The position numbers and the translations under genes were made by a program. From Gemmata obscuriglobus (GTDB lineage: Bacteria; Planctomycetota; Planctomycetia; Gemmatales; Gemmataceae): a DNA stretch of 32,000 nt. Below the pieces are notes generated by a model. The model did not search any database. It saw nothing but the letters and a program-made list of their open reading frames with translations, and was not told the origin of the DNA. Numbering within the stretch: position 1 is the first letter of the stretch; each line of letters opens with the position of its first letter. Positions 16,829 to 24,340 of this stretch are shown here, piece by piece. The stretch is from NCBI RefSeq assembly GCF_008065095.1, contig NZ_CP042911.1, positions 3,690,001 through 3,722,000 of the forward strand. Direction: 5' to 3'.

Positions 16829-18027
16829 CGCCGCGCCCACGCTCCCGGCAATTCGCCTGCCCGCGCGGACGCCGTCACGGGCGAGCGGAACAGGCTCGCG
16901 CCCACCCCCAGCACGAGGGCCAAGCACCCGAAACTGAGCGCGTACCTCACGACGTTCGTGACCGCCGCCGGCACCATCAACAGCCACAGGCACACGCCAA
17001 TCAGGAGAACACAACTGATCGGCAGGAAATATTTGAGGCAGGTTGTCATCACCTGATCGATGCGGAGCCGCGGGAGGCTCCAGCGCATCCAGATCATCAC
17101 CAGCACAAGCGCCCAGCACTTCCCAACAAACACCGCCACGTTCAGCACCGTTCCGGGCCAGAACCCGAACTCGACAGACGGCTCGAACGGCAGAACTCCG
17201 GAGTGCCAGCCGCCCAGGAAGAGCAGGGCGGCCAGCCCGCTGACGGCGAACATGCTGCCGTACTCGGCCAGAAAGAAGTACGACCACCGGATGCCGCTGT
17301 ACTCCGTGTGGAACCCCGCCACCAGTTCGCTCTCGGCTTCGGCGAGGTCGAACGGGGCGCGCTTGCAACTCGCGACCGCCGTGATGAAGAACACGAAGAA
17401 CGCGACGAACGTGAACGGGTCGTGGAACACGTTCCAATTCCAGAACCAGCCGACCTGTTGCGCCCCGATCGTGTTGAGGTTGAGCGTTCCGGCGAGGCAC
17501 ACCGGGACCACCACGCACATCGCCCGCGGCACCTCGTAACTGACGACCTGGGCCGCCTCGCGAACCCCGCCGAACAGCGACCACTTGCTCGCGGACGCGT
17601 ACCCCGCCAGCACGATGCCGAACACCTCGCTCGACAGCACCGCGAGCACGAAGAACGCGCCCACGCTCAGGTTCTGGGCCACGAACTGCGAGCCGAACGG
17701 CAGCGCGAGGAACCCGCAAAAGCTGGCGCAAAACGCGATGTACGGGGCGGCCCGGAACAAGAGCTTGTCCGCGGCTTGCGGGGCGACGTCTTCTTTTGCA
17801 ATGAGTTTTACGCCGTCCGCCAGGGATTGAAGCAACCCGAACGGCCCGACGCGCGTGGGACCGAGCCGGTCTTGCATCCGCGCCGACACCTTACGTTCGG
17901 CCCAAATGCCGAGGAACGCAGACAGACCGATGAACCCGAAGAGTAACGCCGCAGCAGCGGCGCCGCCGGCGACGAGGTTCCACGGGTGCGGCAGGAACTC
18001 GGACCACAGTTCGGGCACGGCGTTCAC
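16825..18027 (-). CDS. nuoH: NADH-quinone oxidoreductase subunit H
   Basis: Contains the NuoH/ND1 signature text AERKVSARMQDRLGPTRVGPFGLLQSLADGVKL, GWASASKWSL-like (LAGYASASKWSLFGG), RAPFDLAEAESELVAGFHTEYSG and LPRLRIDQ. Confidence 0.95.
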   Translation of the reverse strand: MNAVPELWSEFLPHPWNLVAGGAAAAALLFGFIGLSAFLGIWAERKVSARMQDRLGPTRVGPFGLLQSLADGVKLIAKEDVAPQAADKLLFRAAPYIAFCASFCGFLALPFGSQFVAQNLSVGAFFVLAVLSSEVFGIVLAGYASASKWSLFGGVREAAQVVSYEVPRAMCVVVPVCLAGTLNLNTIGAQQVGWFWNWNVFHDPFTFVAFFVFFITAVASCKRAPFDLAEAESELVAGFHTEYSGIRWSYFFLAEYGSMFAVSGLAALLFLGGWHSGVLPFEPSVEFGFWPGTVLNVAVFVGKCWALVLVMIWMRWSLPRLRIDQVMTTCLKYFLPISCVLLIGVCLWLLMVPAAVTNVVRYALSFGCLALVLGVGASLFRSPVTASARAGELPGAWARR

Positions 18028-18230
18028 CTGTGGAGAAGAAGTGCCACCCGGCCGCGGTACTTACACCTTCGAACAGCGAGAGGTATCGATCCTCTAGGCG
18101 TCGCGACTTGTGCGGAGCCGTAACGCTTTTGATGGGCACGGTTACTAACCATCCACGGCGTTACGCCGCAGCGTTTGCTACCTCGGTGCGGCCGGGTGGC
18201 GAGAGCAAGTGTACGCGAAGGGGGCGAGGA

Positions 18231-18345
18231 AACCCACCCCCAACCCCTCCCTGCAGGTAGGGAGCCAGAACAGAGCGTTCCCGCGACGTTTTCGGAGTGT
18301 TTTGGGTTTGCTCCCCTCCCTGCAGGGAGGGGTTGGGGGTGGGTT
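18231..18345. repeat. Palindromic element: perfect 27-nt inverted repeat flanking a 61-nt spacer
   Basis: aacccacccccaacccctccctgcagg (18231-18257) is exactly the reverse complement of 18319-18345. Each arm also contains a local hairpin around ctgcag. The element starts 5 nt after the SDR stop codon (18350-18352) and lies upstream of nuoH. Confidence 0.85.
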
Positions 18346-18349
18346 GTCT

Positions 18350-19108
18350 TTAATACGTCGCGCGGCCGCCGCTGATGTCGAAGCAGAAGCCGGTCGTGAA
18401 ACTGCAATCGTTGCTGCTCAGGAAGTGGACCAGGGCGGCCACCTCGTCCGGCTTGCCGGTGCGGCCCAGCGGGATCTTCGACAGCATCATGTTGATCTGC
18501 GACTGGTCCAGTTGGTCCAGAATCGGCGTCTGGATGACGGCCGGGGCGACGCTGTTCACACAGATGTCGCCCTTGCCGACCAGTTCCTTCGACAGCGACT
18601 TGGTGAGCGCGATCACCGCCGCCTTACTCGCCGAGTAGGGCGCCATCTTCGGGTTGCCCTCTTTCCCGGCGATGCTGGCGATGTTAACGATCCGGCCGTA
18701 CTTGCGCTCGATCATCGACGGCAGCACCGCCTTGCAGCACAGCACCAGCCCGGTCACGTTGATCCCGAGCACGAACTCCCAGTCCTCGCGGACGCTCTCC
18801 CAGATCGGCACGTCCCGCCCCTTGCGGCTCGCCACCCCGGCGTTGTTCACCAGTATGTCCACCGGGCCGGCTTTCGCGGCGATTTCGCCGAACACGCGGT
18901 CCAGATCGGCTTCCTTTGTCAGGTCGCCGACCAGCGGCACCCCCCCGATCGCGCCGGCGACGCGGGCGGCGCTCTCGGCGTTCATGTCGAACACGCCGAC
19001 CTTCGCCCCGGCCCCGGCCAGCCGCCGGCTGATCGCCTCGCCGATGCCCTGGCCGCCGCCGGTCACCACCGCCACCTTGCCGTCGAGCCGAAAAAAGTTC
19101 TCTGCCAC
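18350..19108 (-). CDS. Short-chain dehydrogenase/reductase (FabG-like 3-oxoacyl-ACP reductase family)
   Basis: Carries TGGGQGIG (Rossmann), NNAG and S...YSASK (the YxxxK catalytic motif). The longest ORF reaches 19273, but codons in 19109-19273 are A/T-ending-rich. GTG 19108, with GAGGA 10 nt upstream, gives a canonical N-terminus (M)AENFFRLDGKVAVVTGG. Confidence 0.85.
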   Translation of the reverse strand: MAENFFRLDGKVAVVTGGGQGIGEAISRRLAGAGAKVGVFDMNAESAARVAGAIGGVPLVGDLTKEADLDRVFGEIAAKAGPVDILVNNAGVASRKGRDVPIWESVREDWEFVLGINVTGLVLCCKAVLPSMIERKYGRIVNIASIAGKEGNPKMAPYSASKAAVIALTKSLSKELVGKGDICVNSVAPAVIQTPILDQLDQSQINMMLSKIPLGRTGKPDEVAALVHFLSSNDCSFTTGFCFDISGGRATY

Positions 19109-19263
19109 GTCGCACCAGTCCTCACGGAAGGGAGATTCGTTCGGGATGGGAACGTTGTAGACGCTTGATCGCGGCTTGGCCTTCCCCCGCCACCAAAGGT
19201 TTCGCACAATAGCGTGCGGGTCGTCAGATGCCGAGGACTCGCACCGATAAGCGTAGGATTGGG

Positions 19264-20862
19264 ATGAAAGCACACCGCGCGGGCGACGGCGAACGGTCGC
19301 TGGCCGTGTTTATCGACTTCGAGAACATGGGCCTGGGGTTCAACAACCGCCGCGACCGGTTCGAGATCTCCAAGGTGCTCGAACGGCTGGTCGAGAAGGG
19401 CAAAATCGTTTGTAAAAAGGCGTACGCCGACTGGAGCCGGTTCGGCATGTACACCGGCGCGCTCCACGAGTCCGCCATCGAACTGATCGAGATCCCGCGC
19501 CGCGGGATGACCGGGAAGAACTCCGCCGACATCCGGCTCGTCGTGGACGCGATCGACCTCGCGTACTCGAAGGACCACATCGACACGTTCGTGATCGTCT
19601 CCGGCGACAGCGACTTTTCGCCGCTCGTGTCGAAGCTGAAGGAACTCGGCAAGCACGTCATCGGGCTCGGCCTGTCCGACGCCACCTCGGACCTGCTGCG
19701 CGACAACTGCGACGAGTTCATCTATTACGAGGACCTGGACCGCGCCCCGATCATCCCGATCGCGGTCAACGAACAGATCCCCGAAAAGAAGCGGAAGGTG
19801 TTCGCGCTGCTGCTGGACTCGCTGCTGGCCCTGCGCCGCGAGAACAAGGAGGTGATCTACTCTTCCATGCTGAAGGACACAATCAAGCGGAAGAAGCCGT
19901 CCTTCAACGAGGACTACTACGGATACCGCACCTTCAGCGAACTGCTCGAAGACGCCCAGCGTGAGGGGCTGCTGGAACTGGACAAGCACCGCACCAGCGG
20001 AATGTATGTGGTCACGCGGTTCGGGCTGGAAATGAAGGCCGGTGCGCTGCCGCCGGTGTCGCGCGTCATTCCGCTGCCGAAGGGCGGCGAGGGGCGCAGA
20101 CCGATCGAGTTGGTGCCGCGCAACGGGAACGGCCTCCCCGGCCCCGAGCCGAAGAAGGCACTCGAACTGCCGCCCCGCGGTGCCGCGGAGCCACGGCGGG
20201 CCGAACTGCCGCCGCGAGCCGAACCGCCGCAGCGCCCCGAACCGGAACCGAAGAAGGTCGAGCCGCCGAAACCGTCCGCCGCCGTCCCGAAACCGGCCGC
20301 CGCCGCTCCAAGGCCCGCTCCCGCGCGCCCGACTCCGGCTCCGGCACGGCCCGCGCCGCCACCAAAACCGCCGGCCCCCACGCGCGAGGACGCGGACGAC
20401 GATCGGCCGCTCGGCCGCGCGCTTGTGGACGACTTCGACGATCTGGACGACGAGCCGCTCGACGAGATTCCGACTTACGCCCCGCGCAAAGCTGAGTTGA
20501 AACCCGCGACCGCCCCGGCACGGCCGGCGCCCGCCAAGCCGGTTCCGGCCCCGAAGCCGATCGCGGCGAAAGAGCCGGCGCCCGCCAAGCCGGCCCCGAA
20601 ACCGGTCGCCACGGCGGAGCCGGCGCCCGCCAAGCCGGTCCCGGCAAAGCCCGCACCCGCGAAGGCCCCCGCGCGCCCCGTCAGCGAAGGGGCTGAACCC
20701 GACGCCCCCGCCGTCAAGCCGGCCGCGAAACCGAAACCGGCGACGAAGGCCGCTGGGCCGAAACCCGCGGCCAAGCCCCCCGCAAAGGAGCCGCCCGCGA
20801 GACCGCGCCAACCGGACCCGAAGCCGCCCAGCGACGACGACGAGTTCGGCGCCGGGCTGTAA
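19264..20862 (+). CDS. NYN (LabA-like) nuclease domain + OST-HTH/LOTUS domain protein with a roughly 270-aa Pro/Ala/Lys-rich tail
   Basis: LAVFIDFEN...ADIRLVVDAIDL...DTFVIVSGDSDFSPLVSKLKELGK is NYN/LabA text. VFALLLDSL...YSSMLKDTIKRKKPSFNEDYYGYRTFSELLEDAQREGLLEL is OST-HTH text. ATG 19264 is preceded by AGGA. An alternative start is ATG 19228. Confidence 0.85.
   Translation: MKAHRAGDGERSLAVFIDFENMGLGFNNRRDRFEISKVLERLVEKGKIVCKKAYADWSRFGMYTGALHESAIELIEIPRRGMTGKNSADIRLVVDAIDLAYSKDHIDTFVIVSGDSDFSPLVSKLKELGKHVIGLGLSDATSDLLRDNCDEFIYYEDLDRAPIIPIAVNEQIPEKKRKVFALLLDSLLALRRENKEVIYSSMLKDTIKRKKPSFNEDYYGYRTFSELLEDAQREGLLELDKHRTSGMYVVTRFGLEMKAGALPPVSRVIPLPKGGEGRRPIELVPRNGNGLPGPEPKKALELPPRGAAEPRRAELPPRAEPPQRPEPEPKKVEPPKPSAAVPKPAAAAPRPAPARPTPAPARPAPPPKPPAPTREDADDDRPLGRALVDDFDDLDDEPLDEIPTYAPRKAELKPATAPARPAPAKPVPAPKPIAAKEPAPAKPAPKPVATAEPAPAKPVPAKPAPAKAPARPVSEGAEPDAPAVKPAAKPKPATKAAGPKPAAKPPAKEPPARPRQPDPKPPSDDDEFGAGL
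20523..20666 (+). repeat. In-frame tandem repeat (3 copies, 45-51 nt period) inside the NYN-LOTUS gene tail
   Basis: An identical 20-nt core (gccggcgcccgccaagccgg) occurs at 20523, 20574 and 20619. It encodes the repeated peptide PAPAKP-x-P. Confidence 0.7.
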
Positions 20863-20868
20863 CGAGGT

Positions 20869-20919
20869 GGCGGGTCGGACGGCGTCAGCCCACCGGGCGC
20901 GTCACGACCCGCCCTTTTA
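20869..20919 (+). terminator. Candidate intrinsic terminator after the NYN-LOTUS gene
   Basis: ggcgggtcg (20869-20877) pairs with cgacccgcc (20905-20913), with further internal pairing, and is followed by cttttaa. Confidence 0.45.
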
Positions 20920-21001
20920 ACGCGCACCCCCGCTTCGCGTGAGGTTATCCCAAACGGCCCACGCACGTTCGTACCGCACGTTCCCTCTCCGAGGCCCTTC
21001 T

Positions 21002-23578
21002 ATGTTCCGATCGCGTCTCCGCGCGTCGGCCCTCGCGCTGTCGGCCGCGCTCTTCGCGCTCAGCCCGGTCAGCGCGCCCGCGCAACCCAAACCCAAGGCG
21101 AAAGCCGTCGAGCCGCCGGCCACCGACCCCGCGACCATGAAAGTCGCGAAGGGGTTCAAGGTCGAACTGCTGTACAGCGTCCCCAAGGACACGATGGGCT
21201 CGTGGGTGAGCATGTGCGTCGACCCGAAGGGCCGGCTCATCGTGTCGGACCAGTACGGCGCGCTGTACCGCGTCTCGGTCCCGCCGGCGGGCGCCAAGGG
21301 CGAAACCGCGATCGAGAAGATCCCCGCCGCGGTCGGCTCCGCGCAGGGCCTCCTCTACGCGTTCGACGCCCTCTACGTCGTGGTGAACGCGCCCAACAAG
21401 AGCGGGCTGTACAAGGTCACTTCGTCCAAGAAGGACGACACGCTCGACACGGTGGAACTGCTGCGTGCGTTCGAGGGCGGCGGGGGCGAGCACGGGCCGC
21501 ACGCGGTGATGCTCACCCCGGACGGGAAGCGCCTCACCGTGGTGTGCGGGAACCAAACCAAACTCACCAAGTACGACACGACCAAAGTCCCACCGTACTG
21601 GGGCGAGGACCACCTGCTGCCGCGGCTCCCGGACGGCAACGGATTCATGAAGGGCGTGATGGGGCCGGGCGGGGCCATTTACAACGTCACCCCCGACGGC
21701 AAGCAGTGGGAGCTGTTCAGCGTCGGCTTCCGCAACCAGTACGATGCGGCCTACAACCGCGCCGGCGACCTGTTCACCTACGACGCCGACATGGAGTGGG
21801 ACTTCAACACCCCGTGGTACCGGCCGACACGCGTGTGCTTCGTGCCGCCGGGCGGCGAGTTCGGCTGGCGCAACGGTGCGGGCAAGTACCCCGAGTATTA
21901 CCCCGATAACCTGCCCCCGGTGCTCAACGTGGGGCCGGGCTCGCCCACCGGCGTGTGCTTCGGATATGGTGCGAAGTTCCCCGCCAAGTATCAGAATGCG
22001 TTCTTCATCTGCGACTGGAGCTACGGCAAGCTGTACGCGGTCCACCTGAAGCCAAAGAGCTACGCGTACACCGGCGAACTCGAAGAGTTCGTGACCGGCA
22101 CGCCGCTGCCGCTCACGGACCTCGTCGTGAACCCGACCGACGGCGCGCTGTACTTTGCCATCGGCGGGCGCAAGACCAAGAGCGGTTTGTACCGCGTAAC
22201 CTACACCGGAACGGAGAGCACCGAGGCGGTCGCCGGGGGCGAGTCGCTGAGCGCGGACGAACAGGCCGCACGTCGCCGGTACAAGACCTTGGTCGATTCT
22301 GCCGAGCATTCGAACCCGGCGTTTAAAGACGTTATGGCGACGGCGGCCGACTCCCGGGACCGCTTCGCTCTGGCCGCCGCCCGCCGGGTGCTGGAGAGCC
22401 AGCCGGTCGACCAGTGGCGCGAACTCGCACTCGCGGCCACCGACGCGACCGAGGCGGCGCACGCGCTGCTCGGACTGGTGCGGGTCTCCGCCCCGTGCCC
22501 CGAACACACCCCCGACAAGAAGGTGAAGGGCGACCCCGCGCTCCGCGCGAAGGTACTCGCCGCTCTTGGGCGGTTCGACCTCGCAAAGCTGACCGACCAG
22601 CAGAAGCTCGACCTGCTCCGAGTCTACCAGGTGCTGTTCAACCGGTTCGGTTCGCCCACGGCCGACGAGCGCAAGGCCGTTCTGGCGAAGCTGTCGCCGG
22701 TGCTGCCGTCGGGCAACCGCTTCGTCAACGGCATGGTGCTGGAGGTACTCGTGTACCTACAAGACGACACCGTCGCCCCGCGGGCGGTCAAGGCACTCAA
22801 GGACGCGCCCACTCAAGAGGAGCAAATCGAGTACGCCCGCTCGCTGCGGATGCTAAAAGCGGGCTGGACGCCGGAACTGCGTAAGGACTACTTCGAGTGG
22901 TTCGTCAAGGCCGCCGGATACAAGGGCGGGAACAGCTTCGGTAAGTTCTTAAAGTTGATCCGGGATGACGCGGTTCTGACCCTCGCGCCCGCCGAGAAGG
23001 TCGCGCTGGGCGCGCTGCTGACCGCGGACCCGGCGGCGGTGAAATTGCCGCCGGAGCCCGCGCGGCCGCTCGTGAAGGCGTACAAGGTGGCCGATCTCAC
23101 CGACGCGCTGGAGAAGGGGCTGAAGTCCGGTCGCGACTACGAGCGCGGCCGGAAGCTGTTCGCGACCGGGAAGTGCTTCGGGTGCCACCGGTTCGACGGC
23201 GAAGGCGGGAGCAACGCCCCGGACCTCACCGGCGTAGCCGGGCGGTTCAGCCCGCGCGACCTGCTGGAGTCGATTATCGACCCCAGCAAGGAGATCAGCG
23301 ACCAGTACGGGGCGGTCGAAATCCGCACGGCCGACGACCGCGTCATCAAGGGACGCATCGTCAACCTGAACAACGACAACGTGATGGTTAACACCAACAT
23401 GCTGGAGCCCGGCTCCACAGTCTCTGTGAACCGCAAGCTGATCGAAAGTATGACGCCGTCGAAGGTGTCAATGATGCCCACGGGCCTCGTTGATACTTTT
23501 CAGGAAGACGAGGTGTTGGACCTGCTGGCTTACATTCTGTCGCGCGGCGACCGCAACAGTGCCGTGTTCAAAAAATGA
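21002..23578 (+). CDS. Secreted membrane-bound-dehydrogenase-domain / HEAT-like / cytochrome c heme-binding protein (Pirellula/Verrucomicrobium type)
   Basis: A signal peptide starts at ATG 21002 (MFRSRLRASALALSAALFALSPVSAPA). The beta-propeller-like region reads FRNQYDAAYNRAGDLFTYDADMEWD...WYRPTRV...GGEFGWRNG. The C-terminal region has GKCFGCHRFDGEGG (CxxCH) and ...MPTGL. Confidence 0.9.
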   Translation: MFRSRLRASALALSAALFALSPVSAPAQPKPKAKAVEPPATDPATMKVAKGFKVELLYSVPKDTMGSWVSMCVDPKGRLIVSDQYGALYRVSVPPAGAKGETAIEKIPAAVGSAQGLLYAFDALYVVVNAPNKSGLYKVTSSKKDDTLDTVELLRAFEGGGGEHGPHAVMLTPDGKRLTVVCGNQTKLTKYDTTKVPPYWGEDHLLPRLPDGNGFMKGVMGPGGAIYNVTPDGKQWELFSVGFRNQYDAAYNRAGDLFTYDADMEWDFNTPWYRPTRVCFVPPGGEFGWRNGAGKYPEYYPDNLPPVLNVGPGSPTGVCFGYGAKFPAKYQNAFFICDWSYGKLYAVHLKPKSYAYTGELEEFVTGTPLPLTDLVVNPTDGALYFAIGGRKTKSGLYRVTYTGTESTEAVAGGESLSADEQAARRRYKTLVDSAEHSNPAFKDVMATAADSRDRFALAAARRVLESQPVDQWRELALAATDATEAAHALLGLVRVSAPCPEHTPDKKVKGDPALRAKVLAALGRFDLAKLTDQQKLDLLRVYQVLFNRFGSPTADERKAVLAKLSPVLPSGNRFVNGMVLEVLVYLQDDTVAPRAVKALKDAPTQEEQIEYARSLRMLKAGWTPELRKDYFEWFVKAAGYKGGNSFGKFLKLIRDDAVLTLAPAEKVALGALLTADPAAVKLPPEPARPLVKAYKVADLTDALEKGLKSGRDYERGRKLFATGKCFGCHRFDGEGGSNAPDLTGVAGRFSPRDLLESIIDPSKEISDQYGAVEIRTADDRVIKGRIVNLNNDNVMVNTNMLEPGSTVSVNRKLIESMTPSKVSMMPTGLVDTFQEDEVLDLLAYILSRGDRNSAVFKK

Positions 23579-23587
23579 TCCGTTCAG

Positions 23588-23703
23588 CGTCTGAGAACGG
23601 GCTGTTACGTCCCAGCCCTCGCCTCAGACGAGTAACGCGGCCCACCATCAAACACAGGAGCCCGGCGACCATCGGTCGCCGGGCTCCTGTGTTTGATGGT
23701 GGG
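23588..23703. terminator. Two consecutive hairpins between the convergent heme-protein gene and tRNA-Leu (one with a perfect 30-bp stem)
   Basis: Hairpin 1 is cgtctgag/ctcagacg (23588-23595 / 23623-23630) with inner gggctg/cagccc. Hairpin 2 is 23641-23670, perfectly complementary to 23674-23703, with a 3-nt loop. There is no clear U-tract. Confidence 0.55.
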
Positions 23704-23741
23704 TGATTACCGAGCGTGGCGCGTAACCGGCTTTCGTTCAG

Positions 23742-23827
23742 TGGGTGAGGCGGGACTCGAACCCGCAAGCCCCTTGCGGTAGCGGCGGATTTTAAGTCCG
23801 CTGTGTCTGCCATTCCACCACTCACCC
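23742..23827 (-). tRNA. tRNA-Leu, anticodon UAA (class II, long variable arm; CCA not encoded)
   Basis: The reverse complement is GGGTGAG-TG-GTGGAATGGCAGACAC-A-GCGGA-CTTAAAA-TCCGC-(18-nt variable)-GCGGG-TTCGAGT-CCCGC-CTCACCC-A. All four stems pair and the T-loop is canonical. It closely resembles bacterial tRNA-Leu(UAA). Confidence 0.9.
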
Positions 23828-23872
23828 GTCCGGTGCATGATGGCAACTCGGGGCCGGGTTGGCAAGGCACCA

Positions 23873-24196
23873 CTACTCGAACATCTCGGCCAATTTCTTG
23901 ACCTGCGCAGCCCCGAGCCGGGTGACCAACCCCTTGACCGCTTCGACATCAGTCATGTCGAGCCCCCCGGTCGACCGGTGTACCGGAGGCGGCGTTACAC
24001 TCGCCCCACCCGCTCCATCTTCTTTCTTGATGTTAGATTTGTAGTTCGAAATGACGTTGTTCGGTAGCTCGACGTCGTACTTGTCCCTGATGTAGGCCTG
24101 CAACTCGGTCGGTGAGACCGCCCACCCTTTCTCCCCGAGCGCGTCGCGGACCATTTGCTTCTGGGTGACTTTCCCGTCGCTCTTACTTCTGGCCAC
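23873..24196 (-). CDS. Small (107 aa) lysine-rich hypothetical protein
   Basis: Clean ORF with ordinary amino-acid composition (MARSKSDGKVTQKQMVRDALGEKGWAVSPTELQAYIRDKYDVELPNNVISNYKSNIKK...), unlike the shadow ORFs. It sits in a locally lower-GC patch, 45 nt upstream of the tRNA on the same strand. No family recognised. Confidence 0.6.
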   Translation of the reverse strand: MARSKSDGKVTQKQMVRDALGEKGWAVSPTELQAYIRDKYDVELPNNVISNYKSNIKKEDGAGGASVTPPPVHRSTGGLDMTDVEAVKGLVTRLGAAQVKKLAEMFE

Positions 24197-24245
24197 GGCT
24201 CTGCACTCCTGTCGTTCACGTTATGTCGATAAGCACACATCCCTC

Positions 24246-24266
24246 AATACTACTTTATGTAGTATT
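24246..24266. promoter_or_regulatory. AT-rich perfect palindrome AATACTAC-N5-GTAGTATT (candidate operator)
   Basis: Read directly at 24246-24266, 50-70 nt upstream of the small ORF start (24196) and downstream of the sulfate-binding gene stop (24341). Confidence 0.3.
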
Positions 24267-24340
24267 ACGCGCGTGCGCTGTGAAGCAGGAGTTGTAGCTT
24301 TTACTTGAAACGTGGTGATGGCTCACACCACGCCCGGAAC

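Noticed and set aside
16829-17731. The N-terminal 301 residues of listed ORF 14411..17731(-).
   Set aside because: This part overlaps nuoH in another frame and is Arg/Gly/Val-rich nonsense. The real gene starts at ATG 16828 (or GTG 16666).
18024-18407. ORFs 18024..18407(-), 18030..18260(+) and 18175..18375(+) in the SDR-nuoH spacer.
   Set aside because: They are generated by the perfect 27-nt inverted repeat, which yields the same PLPAGRG peptide on both strands. I treat this as a non-coding repeat.
20523-20666. Possible CRISPR-like or VNTR array.
   Set aside because: The repeats are contiguous, in-frame and encode PAPAKP units within a clear ORF. There are no unique spacers and no cas genes. 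I report it as a coding tandem repeat instead.
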